Assembly: GCA_963754315.1 (NCBI GenBank)
Contig: CAVWFS010000006.1
Span: 64,001 to 128,000, forward strand
DNA from: an uncultured Candidatus Rokubacteria bacterium
GTDB lineage: Bacteria; Methylomirabilota; Methylomirabilia; Rokubacteriales; CSP1-6
DNA length: 64,000 bases
Reading direction: 5' to 3'
Below are positions 42,426-52,526 of this stretch, in pieces. The notes under the pieces are model-generated. The model was given only the letters and a program-made list of their open reading frames with translations. It searched no databases and was not told where the DNA came from. Each line of letters starts with the position of its first letter. Positions within the stretch are counted from its first letter, which is position 1. Position numbers and translations under genes: made by a program.

Positions 42426-43822
42426 CCCGTCATCGACTCGGCCGGGACCTCCACCGCCGGGACCTCGTCCGCCGGGGACGGGGTGTCCCACATCTGAGCA
42501 TGGACCACATCCTCGATGGTCTCCCGCCGCCGGATGAGTCGGACGGTGCCGTCCCCGCCCAGGAAGTACACGGGGTTCCTCGGCTTGGTGAACTGGTTGG
42601 CGCGGGTGATCGAGTAGCCGCCCACATCGAACATCACCACCGGATCGTCGCCCTGGAGTCCAGCCGGAAGGGCCTTCTGGAAAGACAGCACGTCGTAGGT
42701 GGACAAGGTGGGGCCGCTGATGTTCGCCTTGGCCGCGGGGGGCGCGTTCATCCGACCCGGGAAGAACATGCGCCACTCCGTGAAGAAGAGGTTTTCCGGG
42801 ACCTCGTTGATGCTGAGGTCCGTGAAGACCCAGTTCGTCTTAGTGCGGCGGACGCGGCCCAGCAGAATGGCCGCGTTGTTGATGAGACTGCGGCCGGGCT
42901 CGGTGCTCAGGCGCGGCGTGAAGCCATGGAGCTGGCAGTTCCGCTGAAAGGCGGCCGTCACCACGCGACCGAACTCGTCGATGGATGGCGTGCGCTTCTC
43001 GAGCAGATTGAGCCGCTCGAGGAGCTTGGCCGCGCGCAGCCGCCGATTCATCCGGAGAAACCGCATGCTCTGGGCCGGGAAACCGCCGCCGATGTTGATC
43101 TCCTCGATCGGAAAGCCGCGGCCGCGCAGGTCGGCGGCCAGCCGGAACATCGCATCGAGGGCCTCGCCGTAGAGCGCGGGGGCCAGGATCTGCGACCCGA
43201 TGTGGGCGTTGATGCCGACCACGCGAACGTGGGGGCAGCGCGCCGCCACCGCGAACGCCTCCGCGCACTGGTTGATGTGAAACCCGAACTTCTGCTTGTA
43301 GGTGGTGATCAGCTTGTCGTAGTAGGGGCGGCGGGTCATGGGATCGATCCGCACCCCGATATCGAGCCGCCGGCCCATGGCTTGACCGATGGCATTGAGC
43401 GCCTGAATCTCCTCCACGCCCTCGGCGTTGATGAGGTGGATACCTTGCGCCGCTGCGAGCTTCAGCTCCCGCTCCGTCTTGCACGGCCCGTCGAAGACGA
43501 TATCGGCCGGTTGGAAGCCGGCCTTGGTCGCCGCGTAGAGGTCGAGCTCACCTGCCACTTCGGCCCCCGCCCCCAGGCGCCGGAGCGTACGCAAGACCTC
43601 AGTCTCGAAGTTCGTCTTCACCGAGTAGTAGGTCTTGAAGTCCGGAATGCCGGCAAAGGCTCGGACGAACCGGCGATAGTTCTCGGTCAGGATCCGCTCC
43701 GAGATGAGGAAGAGCGGGGTCTTGAACTGGTCGGCGAGCTCCACGAGATTCTTGCCGTCGAAGACCAGGTGGCCGGCCGGCGTGATGCTGCAGTGATCGC
43801 TCTCGAATAGATGGTGGACCAT
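42422..43822 (-). CDS. Fold-type III PLP-dependent decarboxylase (diaminopimelate decarboxylase-like)
   Basis: TPL, YSVKTN (PLP Lys), KFG, HIGSQ, NIGGGF, EPGRSL, GGY; GAGGAG RBS. Confidence 0.85.
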   Translation of the reverse strand: MVHHLFESDHCSITPAGHLVFDGKNLVELADQFKTPLFLISERILTENYRRFVRAFAGIPDFKTYYSVKTNFETEVLRTLRRLGAGAEVAGELDLYAATKAGFQPADIVFDGPCKTERELKLAAAQGIHLINAEGVEEIQALNAIGQAMGRRLDIGVRIDPMTRRPYYDKLITTYKQKFGFHINQCAEAFAVAARCPHVRVVGINAHIGSQILAPALYGEALDAMFRLAADLRGRGFPIEEINIGGGFPAQSMRFLRMNRRLRAAKLLERLNLLEKRTPSIDEFGRVVTAAFQRNCQLHGFTPRLSTEPGRSLINNAAILLGRVRRTKTNWVFTDLSINEVPENLFFTEWRMFFPGRMNAPPAAKANISGPTLSTYDVLSFQKALPAGLQGDDPVVMFDVGGYSITRANQFTKPRNPVYFLGGDGTVRLIRRRETIEDVVHAQMWDTPSPADEVPAVEVPAESMTG

Positions 43823-43836
43823 GGTGTTCTCCTCGC

Positions 43837-46363
43837 TCAGATGTCGACGCCGGCCACTAGCCGCAACCTCCCGGCGTTGGCAAAGCCGTCATGCTTCAGG
43901 TGTTTGAAGTTATGGTAGTGGTTCGCCTCCGGCGCCGTGATTTCTCTGGCCTCGAACGCCCGAAGGATCTCGGCCACACCGGCGTCGACGGTGAAACGGG
44001 GCGTGAACCCGAGCACGTGGCGGATCTTGTCGAAGCTTACTCGGTAATCGCGCCGATCGCCGGCCGAGGGAACAAGCTCGATTTCGACGTGCGGCACGTG
44101 GGTACGGACGAGCTCGGCGATCTGGTGGACCTGGTAGTTGAGGTGGTTCCCGCCCACGTTGAAGATCTCGCCACGGGCGCGCGCGTCGTCCGCCTCCGCG
44201 GCCGCGATGAAGGCCTCGGCCGCGTCCTGCACGTGAACGTTGGGCCGCCACTGGTCACCACCGAAGAGCCGGAGCTTCCCGTTGAAAAAGGCGTGGGCCG
44301 TGAACGTGTTCACCACGAGGTCGAGACGCATCCGCGTCGACCAGCCGAATACGGTGGCCAGTCGGAGGATCACGGTGCTGAGCTGGTCCACGCGACGGAG
44401 GAGGATCTGTTCCGACTGGATCCGGGTCTGGGCGTATAGCGACACGGGATTCAGCCACGATCCCTCGTTGAGAATGAGCTCGGAGTTCGCACCGTAGACG
44501 CTGCACGAGGATGCGAAGACGAGCCGGGCCACGCCGGCGTTCTGACACGCCTCGGCGAGCAAGCGGGTCGCCTCCAGATTGATGGACGTGGTCTCATCGA
44601 CATCGAGATCACACGCGGCGTCGCCGACGAGGGCGGCGAGGGCGATCACCGAGTGGACGCCCCGCGTGGCCAACGCCACCGTACGCAGATGGCGGATGTC
44701 ACCCTCCAGCAGCTCGAGCCGGGGATGGCCGGCGATCTCGCGCAGACCGTGGTCGCCGTAGAGATAGCTGTCCAGTACGCGAACCCGCCGATTTCGCTCC
44801 AGGAGCTTCCGCACCACGTGGGAACCGATGTAGCCGGCGCCCCCCGTGACCAGGACCACGCGGTCATCCACGGGGCGCCGAGCCGGCGCCAGCGCGACCG
44901 CGTGCCCGTTGCCAGGGGCCAAGCGCGCGGGCTCGTCGGGGCGGCGGTCCGAGGAGGGGACCGATTCTGCCCCCACCCCATCGATCCCGAGATCGATCAG
45001 CTCGGGGGGGAAAACGTCGCCATGCAAGAGGCGGTCGAGGGTGGGCAGGAGCCGGTAGTCGAGACCGCGCGCCCGGCAGAAGTCGAGAATCTCCCTGAGC
45101 GCCTGCGAGCCGACACTGTGGAAACAACACGACGACCATGTCAATCGAGTACAGCGCCGAAACCACGGGAAGATCGCTCACCGCGCCGAAGACTTGGATG
45201 CCGTGGATGATGGCCCCATGCTTGGTCCGGTCATCGTCGAGGAATCCCACCGGATGGTAGGGGACGCCCCGTTCGGACAGGGTGCGCACGAGCTGCGAGC
45301 CCGTGTCGTCAGCGCCCACGATGAGCACCCTCTTCGATGGCTCGGGGGAGACGGAGCGGCGCGATTCGAGCCGGCTCTTGAGCGCGACGCGCATGCCGAA
45401 CAGGACGAGGATGAGCAGACCCCAGTCAACGAGGAAGACGGCGCGCGAGTGACTGCCGAATCCGGCCATGAAGGTCAGGGCCGCTACCACCACCGAGCCG
45501 ACGGTCACCGCCCGCACGATGGCCAGAAACTCCTTGGTGCCCAGGTACTGCACAATGTTCTGATAGAGACCGAAGTAGACGAACACGGGCGGTCGAACGA
45601 GCAGGATGGCCCCGGTGACGACCGCCAGATAGGGCACGTCGGCCCACTTCACGTCCCAGTCAAACTTCACGCCGTAGGCGGCGCAATAGACGACGACGCT
45701 GGCCACGGCGTCGGCGGCCAAGAGGGCCATCGCCTCCCGCTTGACCCGAAAGAACTTCACCTTGAAGGCCCCGAAGACAGTGACGGCGATCGCCCCCGCG
45801 ATGAGGCGAAGGTCGCCTCGGAGGGTGCACGATCGGACATATTCGAGGTCAATGGCAAGCTTCTCGGGCAGAATGCGCTCGACGTAGTACTCCTCGGGGT
45901 CCGTCACGTCCTCGGGATACATTTCCAGTTCGTCGCGCCCGCGGATCTGGCTGGGTCCGACGATGCCCGGCCGCACCCTCAGCACCTCGCGTTGCTCGGG
46001 GGTGTAGCGAGCGACGAAGTAGGGGTCCTCGGGCCGGGGCCCGACCAGGCTCATGTCGCCCCGGAGCACGTTGATGAGTTGCGGAAGCTCGTCGAGCTTG
46101 AGCCAGCGCAGGAGTTGGCCGAGATGGGTGATGCGCGGGTCGCGTTTCTGGGTGAGCCGAGGGCCGACGGCGGCCGCGTTGACCACCATGGTCCGGAACT
46201 TGAGGATCGAAAAGGGGTGGCCGTGCTGGCCGATTCGTCGTTGCCGGAAGAACACAGGTCCCTTGGAATCGAGGGCGATCAGCACGGCAATCACCAGGAG
46301 CAGCGGGGCGAAGACGAGCAACGCTGTGGCCGACACCACGATGTCGAAGACACGCTTGCTCAT
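43837..46363 (-). CDS. Probable fusion: priming sugar transferase + CapD-like TM/CoA-binding region + NAD-dependent epimerase/dehydratase (frameshift near 45120)
   Basis: KRVFD, KFRTM, LDELPQL.NV..GDMSLVGPRPE; then LIVGA..G and GFLDDD; after a frame change VLVTGGAGYIG, ASSCSVYG, RLATVFG. Confidence 0.75.
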
Positions 46364-47556
46364 GAGCGTCTCTCCGTCCGGTGGTTCTCGACGATGTCGC
46401 GCACGGCGTCGATCACCGCCCACACATCGGCCTCGCTCATGCGCGGGTAGAGGGGCAGCGAGATGGCCCCTTGGTAGGCGCGCAAGGCCTGGGGGAAGTC
46501 CTCCGGTTGGTACTCGAACATCTCCCGATAGAACGGATGGATGTGAAGGGGGATGAAGTGAACGCTGGCTCCGATATTGGCCTGGCGCAAGAGCTCGAAG
46601 AACCTATCGCGCCCGATCGTCAGCCGATCCGGCCGGAGGCGGATGACATACAGGTGCCAGGCGTGCTGGGCGTACGATGGCGTCTCCGGGAGGATCAGCT
46701 CGGGCAGATTCGACAGACCACGCTCGTACAGGGTCGCGTAGTGGTTGCGGATCCCCTGAAATCGGTCGAGCTTTTTGAGTTGCTGCAGCCCGAGCGCCGC
46801 ATTGATGTCGGTCATGTTGCACTTGTAGCCGGGATAGTCGACCTCGTAATACCAGGACCCCTCCGCGCTATAGCGCTTCCACGCATCACGGCTGATCCCG
46901 TGCAGGCGCCGTGTGCGCAGAAGGTCGGCGTATTCGTCAGATTCGGTGGTGATCATGCCGCCTTCACCGGTGGTGAGGTTCTTGACCGCGTAAAAACTGA
47001 AGACGGTGAAGTCCCCAATCGATCCCACCATGCGGCCGCGGTACTGGGCGGGGAGCGCGTGAGCGGCGTCCTCGATGACCGTGAGCCCGTGGCGCTCGGC
47101 CAGCTTCAAGAGGGGGTCCATGTCGCACGGCACGCCGGCGAAGTGGACGGGGATAATGGCCCGCGTCCGCGGTCCGATATGCCGCTCCACTTCCTCGGGA
47201 TCCATGTTGAGCGTCACCGGCTCGACGTCGACCAGGACCGGCCGCGCCCTGTGGTGGAGCACGACCGCGGCGCTGGCGGTGAACGTGTAGACGCTGGTGA
47301 TGACCTCGTCGCCGGGCTTCAGGCCTATCGCGTCAAGGGCGAGGTGCAGCCCCGCCGTCGCCGAATTGACGGCGATCGCATGCTTGGCGCCGACGTATTC
47401 AGCGAACCGTTTCTCGAATTCGATTGTTTTCGGGCCCATGGTCAACCAGCCCGAACGCAGCGTTTGCACGACCTCCTCGATCTCCTCCTCGCCAATCCAG
47501 GGCTGATGGAAGGGCAGGAAGGTCTCGCGCTCCGGTCGCGTCACTTGATTCGTCAT
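46360..47556 (-). CDS. DegT/DnrJ/EryC1/StrS sugar aminotransferase
   Basis: IEDAAHA, FSFYAVKNLTTGEGGM, SLPLYP. Confidence 0.93.
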   Translation of the reverse strand: MTNQVTRPERETFLPFHQPWIGEEEIEEVVQTLRSGWLTMGPKTIEFEKRFAEYVGAKHAIAVNSATAGLHLALDAIGLKPGDEVITSVYTFTASAAVVLHHRARPVLVDVEPVTLNMDPEEVERHIGPRTRAIIPVHFAGVPCDMDPLLKLAERHGLTVIEDAAHALPAQYRGRMVGSIGDFTVFSFYAVKNLTTGEGGMITTESDEYADLLRTRRLHGISRDAWKRYSAEGSWYYEVDYPGYKCNMTDINAALGLQQLKKLDRFQGIRNHYATLYERGLSNLPELILPETPSYAQHAWHLYVIRLRPDRLTIGRDRFFELLRQANIGASVHFIPLHIHPFYREMFEYQPEDFPQALRAYQGAISLPLYPRMSEADVWAVIDAVRDIVENHRTERRS

Positions 47557-47686
47557 GGCCTCTCATGCCGCCTATATACAACGGGTGAACAGCGTTGGCT
47601 CCACGCCTCGTTCTCGAGGAATGGAGCGGTCTTCTCGCCTACGGCCCCGTCGCCAACCGTCGCTGCGGAGGGCCGTCCTTCATCGG

Positions 47687-48172
47687 TCATGTCGGCATGA
47701 CATCCTCCAGGGGCGGTACAGCCCCCAGCTTCGCCGCCGCCCGCGGCAGCTCGCCGACCACGCGGGCCGGCACGCCGGCCACCACCGTGAACGGCGGCAC
47801 TGGACCTTCGACCACGGCGCCCGCGCGCACGATCGCGCACTCGCCGATGGTCACGCCCGGCTGAATGATGCAGCCGGCGTAGAGGGCGGCGTGGCGTTTG
47901 ATGCGCACCGGGCCCTCCTCTTCGCCGAGGTGTTCCATCCACGCATCGCCCGGCCGCGTGTGGGCGAGGATGATGACCCCGTGGGAGATGCGCACGTGAT
48001 CGTCGATCTCGATCAGCCACGGCCGGGCGGGATCGAGGATCACGTCGTACCCAAGGTAGACGTGCTGGCCGATCTTCACGCCCTTCGCGCGCTGGAGGCG
48101 GATGCGCAGCTCATTCGACGGCACCTGCTTGGCCAAGAGATCGCACGCCTTGCCGAGAGGCCCGCGCATCAT
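47687..48172 (-). CDS. Hexapeptide-repeat acyltransferase
   Basis: GVKIG, PGVTIGE.AIV.AGAVV, VAGVPARVV. Confidence 0.88.
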   Translation of the reverse strand: MMRGPLGKACDLLAKQVPSNELRIRLQRAKGVKIGQHVYLGYDVILDPARPWLIEIDDHVRISHGVIILAHTRPGDAWMEHLGEEEGPVRIKRHAALYAGCIIQPGVTIGECAIVRAGAVVEGPVPPFTVVAGVPARVVGELPRAAAKLGAVPPLEDVMPT

Positions 48173-48173
48173 G

Positions 48174-49484
48174 TCAGTGCCCTGCCCCGACCGCGAGCGC
48201 CTTGAAGAAATCGCGCCAGTAGCGGGGACTCAGAAACATCCGCACGAGCAGGTCGTGACGGTTGAGCAGCGGCCCCACCCGTGGACCCCGGACCCGGCCC
48301 AGGGCATTGAGCAAGCCCCGGGGCGCGCGACCGCGAGCCAGGGAGCGGGTGAGATGCACGAGCGCGCCACGCGCCGAGACCCAGCGCGTTGCGAAGTCGT
48401 GTTGGGCGAAGGCGGCCGGGTCCAGCGGATGGCCAACCGCGTCCAGGTAGGCGGCATACGGGAGGTTCACGCCACACGCCGTGGGCAGGTTGATCCACAG
48501 CCACGGACGTGGGTTGATGTCCAGCAACTTGTAGGTGCCGGAGCGGAGGTCGAGCTTGAACTCGATGTCGGCCATGCCGTAGTACCCGAAGTGGCGAAGG
48601 GCGGCGGTGGCGAGCGGGACGAGATGGGGCGCCCGTACGGCTCTGACGACCAGTCCGTCGCCGAAATCGGGCGGCACCTGCCCCAGCTTCTGCGAGGTGA
48701 AGGTGGCGGGTACTTCGCCGCCCCGGGTCGCATAGACGCCGATGGAATAGAGCAGCGAGGTGGGGCCGCCGATTTCTTCCTGCACGAGCACCGGGAAGCC
48801 ATGGCCCTGCGCCTGGTGGTAGACGGCCTTCAGCTCGTCCAGCGAGCGCACGCGCACCGCCTTGTCGCCGAAGATCTTCTCGAAAGGCCGGCTTGCCGCC
48901 TGCGCTCCCGAACGACACCGGAGCGGCGGTTTGACGATGGCGGGGAATCCGATTTCCTGGGCCACCGTCGCCAGTGACGCCTCGGATTCCGCGGCACGGG
49001 TTCGCGGGATGGGCACCACGGCATCGAGCTCGTGGTAGAGCTGGTCCTTGTTGACGATCCGGCTGAGTACCGCCCACGGAGCGTGAGGGAATCGGTACCA
49101 GCGCTCGAGCTCGTCGCGATGGGCGTGCAGGGCGACCAGCGATGAGTCCTCGGTGAGAAACAGAACCGGTCGCGCGTCATGCGGCCGGGTCCGGTGACTC
49201 TGCGCCAAGTCGATGAGAAACCGGACCATGGTTTCCGTCCGGCCATCACGCGGCCCGCTCACCCCTCGCCCGTACCGCGAGTATTGTCCGGGAGACGTCC
49301 CGTCCGACGAAACCACCGTCACCGGGACGCCGTGCATGCCCAGGGCTCGACAGACCCCGAGGGCAGCCAGGTTGTCGGGATAGACCACCGCCTCTGCACG
49401 CGCGGCGAACGTCATCGGGCGTTCTCCGTCGCGGGGACGCGCGATCGCAGCGTATGCCGCCGATGATCCAGTGGCGCTGGTCAC
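48174..49484 (-). CDS. ATP-grasp carboxylate-amine ligase (D-aspartate-ligase-like)
   Basis: LGV.RALG..G, SRY, P.IVKP, QEEI.G, IEFKLD, LLDINPR.W; GTG 49484 overlaps the upstream stop. Confidence 0.8.
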   Translation of the reverse strand: MTSATGSSAAYAAIARPRDGERPMTFAARAEAVVYPDNLAALGVCRALGMHGVPVTVVSSDGTSPGQYSRYGRGVSGPRDGRTETMVRFLIDLAQSHRTRPHDARPVLFLTEDSSLVALHAHRDELERWYRFPHAPWAVLSRIVNKDQLYHELDAVVPIPRTRAAESEASLATVAQEIGFPAIVKPPLRCRSGAQAASRPFEKIFGDKAVRVRSLDELKAVYHQAQGHGFPVLVQEEIGGPTSLLYSIGVYATRGGEVPATFTSQKLGQVPPDFGDGLVVRAVRAPHLVPLATAALRHFGYYGMADIEFKLDLRSGTYKLLDINPRPWLWINLPTACGVNLPYAAYLDAVGHPLDPAAFAQHDFATRWVSARGALVHLTRSLARGRAPRGLLNALGRVRGPRVGPLLNRHDLLVRMFLSPRYWRDFFKALAVGAGH

Positions 49485-50359
49485 GACGTCCACGAAGGTT
49501 CCTCCCGAAACTGGAGCACCCCCTGAACTTTCCGCCAGAACTCGCGATCGGACCAGCGTTGGGCCACCGACAAGGCCGTTCGACGGACGAGAGGAAGGCG
49601 AAGCACTCGCTCCGCCATCGGCGAGAAGACGATGCGCTGGCCGATGGGCAACCGCCGAAAGCCCATGCTCTCCTTGAACTGGTCCACCCCGGACACCAGA
49701 TCGAGTGATTCGAGGCCGAAATACACCCGATCGATGTCGTCGCGGCCAATCCATGCCTGGACGGCCGCGAAGATCAGCGCGTTGTTAGGGTACAGGCGCA
49801 GGGCATCCGTGCGCGATCGGGCCACCAGGATTTCCGGGCATCGGTCGACCACCGGCGCAACGAGAAATGACAGGACATCCGTCCCTTGAAGGGCGCCCCA
49901 CACCTCGACATCCGGGGTGGCGGCCACCGCGTCCCAGTAGCGGTCCCAGTCGTAGAAGTCCCCCTCCCAACGCAGGCGGACCACCGTGTCGTCGTTCGCC
50001 TGACGCCCGTGGGCCCGCACGAAGCCCGGCTCGAGCTGCCGCACCTCGCACTGCTTCAAGCCCCGGCGCACCTTGCTGCGGGTATTTGCGCTGAGGTGGG
50101 CGAGATCATAGGCCGCATCATCGACCACGAAGGCGTAGCTCTGGCGGCCCGGGGCCGCGGACGGCGTGGCGTACCTGAGCCCGACTGCCCGGCTCGCCCG
50201 GAAGATGGCGCGCAGTTCTTCAGGGGGCGGCGCGATCGGATGGGCATGCGGGAAGGCAAGGCCGAAGTGCCGCCGCTGGTCGTACCAGTACGAGGTAGGG
50301 CCGACCGTCACCCGGTGGCCGAGTCGCTCGAGAAAGGTGGCCATGCCGTCGCGATTCAT
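49481..50359 (-). CDS. GNAT/FemAB-like acyltransferase domain protein
   Basis: TRSKVRRG, PNNAL, FG and GV.QFKE.MG pattern typical of EPS-associated FemAB-like proteins. Confidence 0.6.
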   Translation of the reverse strand: MNRDGMATFLERLGHRVTVGPTSYWYDQRRHFGLAFPHAHPIAPPPEELRAIFRASRAVGLRYATPSAAPGRQSYAFVVDDAAYDLAHLSANTRSKVRRGLKQCEVRQLEPGFVRAHGRQANDDTVVRLRWEGDFYDWDRYWDAVAATPDVEVWGALQGTDVLSFLVAPVVDRCPEILVARSRTDALRLYPNNALIFAAVQAWIGRDDIDRVYFGLESLDLVSGVDQFKESMGFRRLPIGQRIVFSPMAERVLRLPLVRRTALSVAQRWSDREFWRKVQGVLQFREEPSWTS

Positions 50360-51196
50360 GACCGCCTCGAGGCCGGTCCCGCCTTCCGCGCGACCACGAG
50401 GAGGTGGGGGAGATCAGCGGGTGATCGATGGGAGCGCCGATCGCGTGCAGAGCGCGGCAAGCGCGCTCGAGCGATCCGCGCGCCACGCGATAGGCCGGGC
50501 GCCACAGCAGGCGCTGCGTCCGTGGCCAGCCGGGAAACGGCGCGGATGGGACCCGGGAGAGGGCGAATGATCCGTAGGGTACCGCCATGATCTCCTGCAA
50601 TCCGAGCTTGCGGTGCCAGCCGCGCAGCTCGGCCAGGCCGATCGGCCGGTGAGTCTCGAACGTCTCCGGCTGCAGGATGCGGCGATACCAGCCGTTGAGG
50701 CCCGTCAGGTTGGGGACATCGGTGATCAGGATGCCGCCCGGGGCCAACAGGCGCTCGAACGCCGCGAGCGGGATCGACGGATCCTCGAAGTGCTCCACGA
50801 CTCCACCGAGAAGACGATGTCGTAGCTTCCTTCGATGGCGAAGAAATCCGCCTGGTGGATGGTCGCGACCACGCCGGCCGCGGCGAGGTTCTCGCGAGCC
50901 CACTCGCAGCTTCGGGGTGACGTGTCGCACCCCGAGACGCGGTACCCGAACGTCTTGTGGAAGTAGATCATCCATCGCCCGGGTCCCGAGCCGACTTCCA
51001 GGAATGACCGCGAGGAATCGACGGTCAGCACGGATCGAAGCAACCGATCGAGGGCGACGAAGGGATAGCTGCGCGATACCCAGCCGAGATTCTCATAGGT
51101 CTCACGGCGATGCGCGCGGGACCAGTGCTCCTCCCAATAGTCGACCCGCGTCAGTTGCCCCTGGTCGAGCTTGCTCCCGCGGCCAGCGGCCGTCAT
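50356..51196 (-). CDS. Class I SAM-dependent methyltransferase (frameshifted)
   Basis: YWEEHW, LEVGSGPG, ADFF, YDIVFS | GVVEHF.DP, LLAPGG.L...VPN; ATGA overlaps at both ends. Confidence 0.8.
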
Positions 51197-52526
51197 ACCC
51201 GACTCTCCGCCATCGCCGCCGCGGTCGGCGCCGGGGCGTGGCCGTTGTCGAGGTGGTCCTGGAAAATTCTCACGAGACTGGCCACGTGGTGTCCACGGTC
51301 GAAATGGGCGCGCACGTCCGCCGCGGCCTGCATGCCGAGCTGGCGACGAAGAGCCCGATCGGTCAAGAGTGTCTCGAGAACCTCCGCTAGCTGAGCGGGA
51401 TTGCCGGGAGGCACCAGAAAACCGTTGGAGCCGTGGCGCACCAGCTCCGGGATGCCGGAGATCGGCGTGGTGACCACGGGCAACCCCGTGGCCATGGCTT
51501 CGGCCAGCACATTCGGGATGCCGTCTCGAATGACACCCCCCGAGGGTTCGAACCAAGCCTCCAGCGACTTCATCAGGTCCGCCTCGGGGTCCCTCAGCTT
51601 GACGGGGCGTTCGAGGCAGGGCAGCACGAACACGTCGCCGTCTCGGTAATGCCGAACCACCTCGGTGTGCGGAGCGGCGCCCGCCAGTGTGACGCGATCG
51701 CCCAGGCCCGTCGCCGCGATCTGAGCGGCCAGCCGAGCGCGCTGCGGGCCATCTCCCACGATGACGCACCGAAAGGCGTGTCGGCGATCCCTGAGGATCC
51801 GGCACGCCTCGACCACGTCGGCGAAGCCCTTGCGCTGGTAGAGCGCGCCGCAGGCCACGATGGTGGTGTTCTCTCACCGTCGCGCTCCTGGAGGGCAAAG
51901 CGCTCCAGGGCGACACCGTGATAGTTGAGATGCACCTTGCCGCGCACGGGCAGGGGCAGGAGGCGGCTGATGTCTGTGCGGAGGTCGTCGGTGCAGGTCA
52001 CCACGAATTGCGAGCGTCGGACCTTCTCGCTCAGCAGGGTTCTGAACAATGTGACGTCGCCAGCGTGCGCGGTAAAACTGTAGGGGAGCCCGGTCACCTC
52101 GGAAACGATCAACGCGGCCGTCGTCGGATAGGTGGCCCAGTGCGCGTGCACATGAGCGATGCCTTGCTGGCGCATGTGCTCGCCGAGTTCCACCGCCTTG
52201 GGAAAAAGATAGAGTGTCTTGAGAAGATGCACGGGGATCCGCCACGTCCGCCCGACGAGGAGCCCAAGCGCGCGTGCGTAGCGCCCTGGCCGACGCACCA
52301 CCCAGCGTGCGTTGGCCACCAGCAGCCGCGGCGCCCACAGCGGCGCCGCGAAGCGGACTTCGTCGGCGAGCGTGAGGGCCTCGGGCTGCAGGATGCTCTC
52401 CCGCGACCGTCCGAGAGCATAGACCACGATCGGAATCCCCCGCCGCCGCAGCTCGACGATCTCGCCCACGATGAACGTCTCCGTGAGCGTTGGGAAGCTC
52501 CCCACCAGGCAGGCAATCGGCTTCAT
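51193..52526 (-). CDS. GT4 glycosyltransferase, WcaL-like (frameshift near 51870)
   Basis: FP.LTETFI..EI, HVHAHWA, SFTAHA.D; then KG, DGIPNVLAEAMA.G.PVV. Confidence 0.85.

Noticed and set aside
42422..43822. Assigning the gene symbol lysA
   Set aside because: Missing conserved Cys, an extra insertion and the EPS context make the housekeeping function doubtful.
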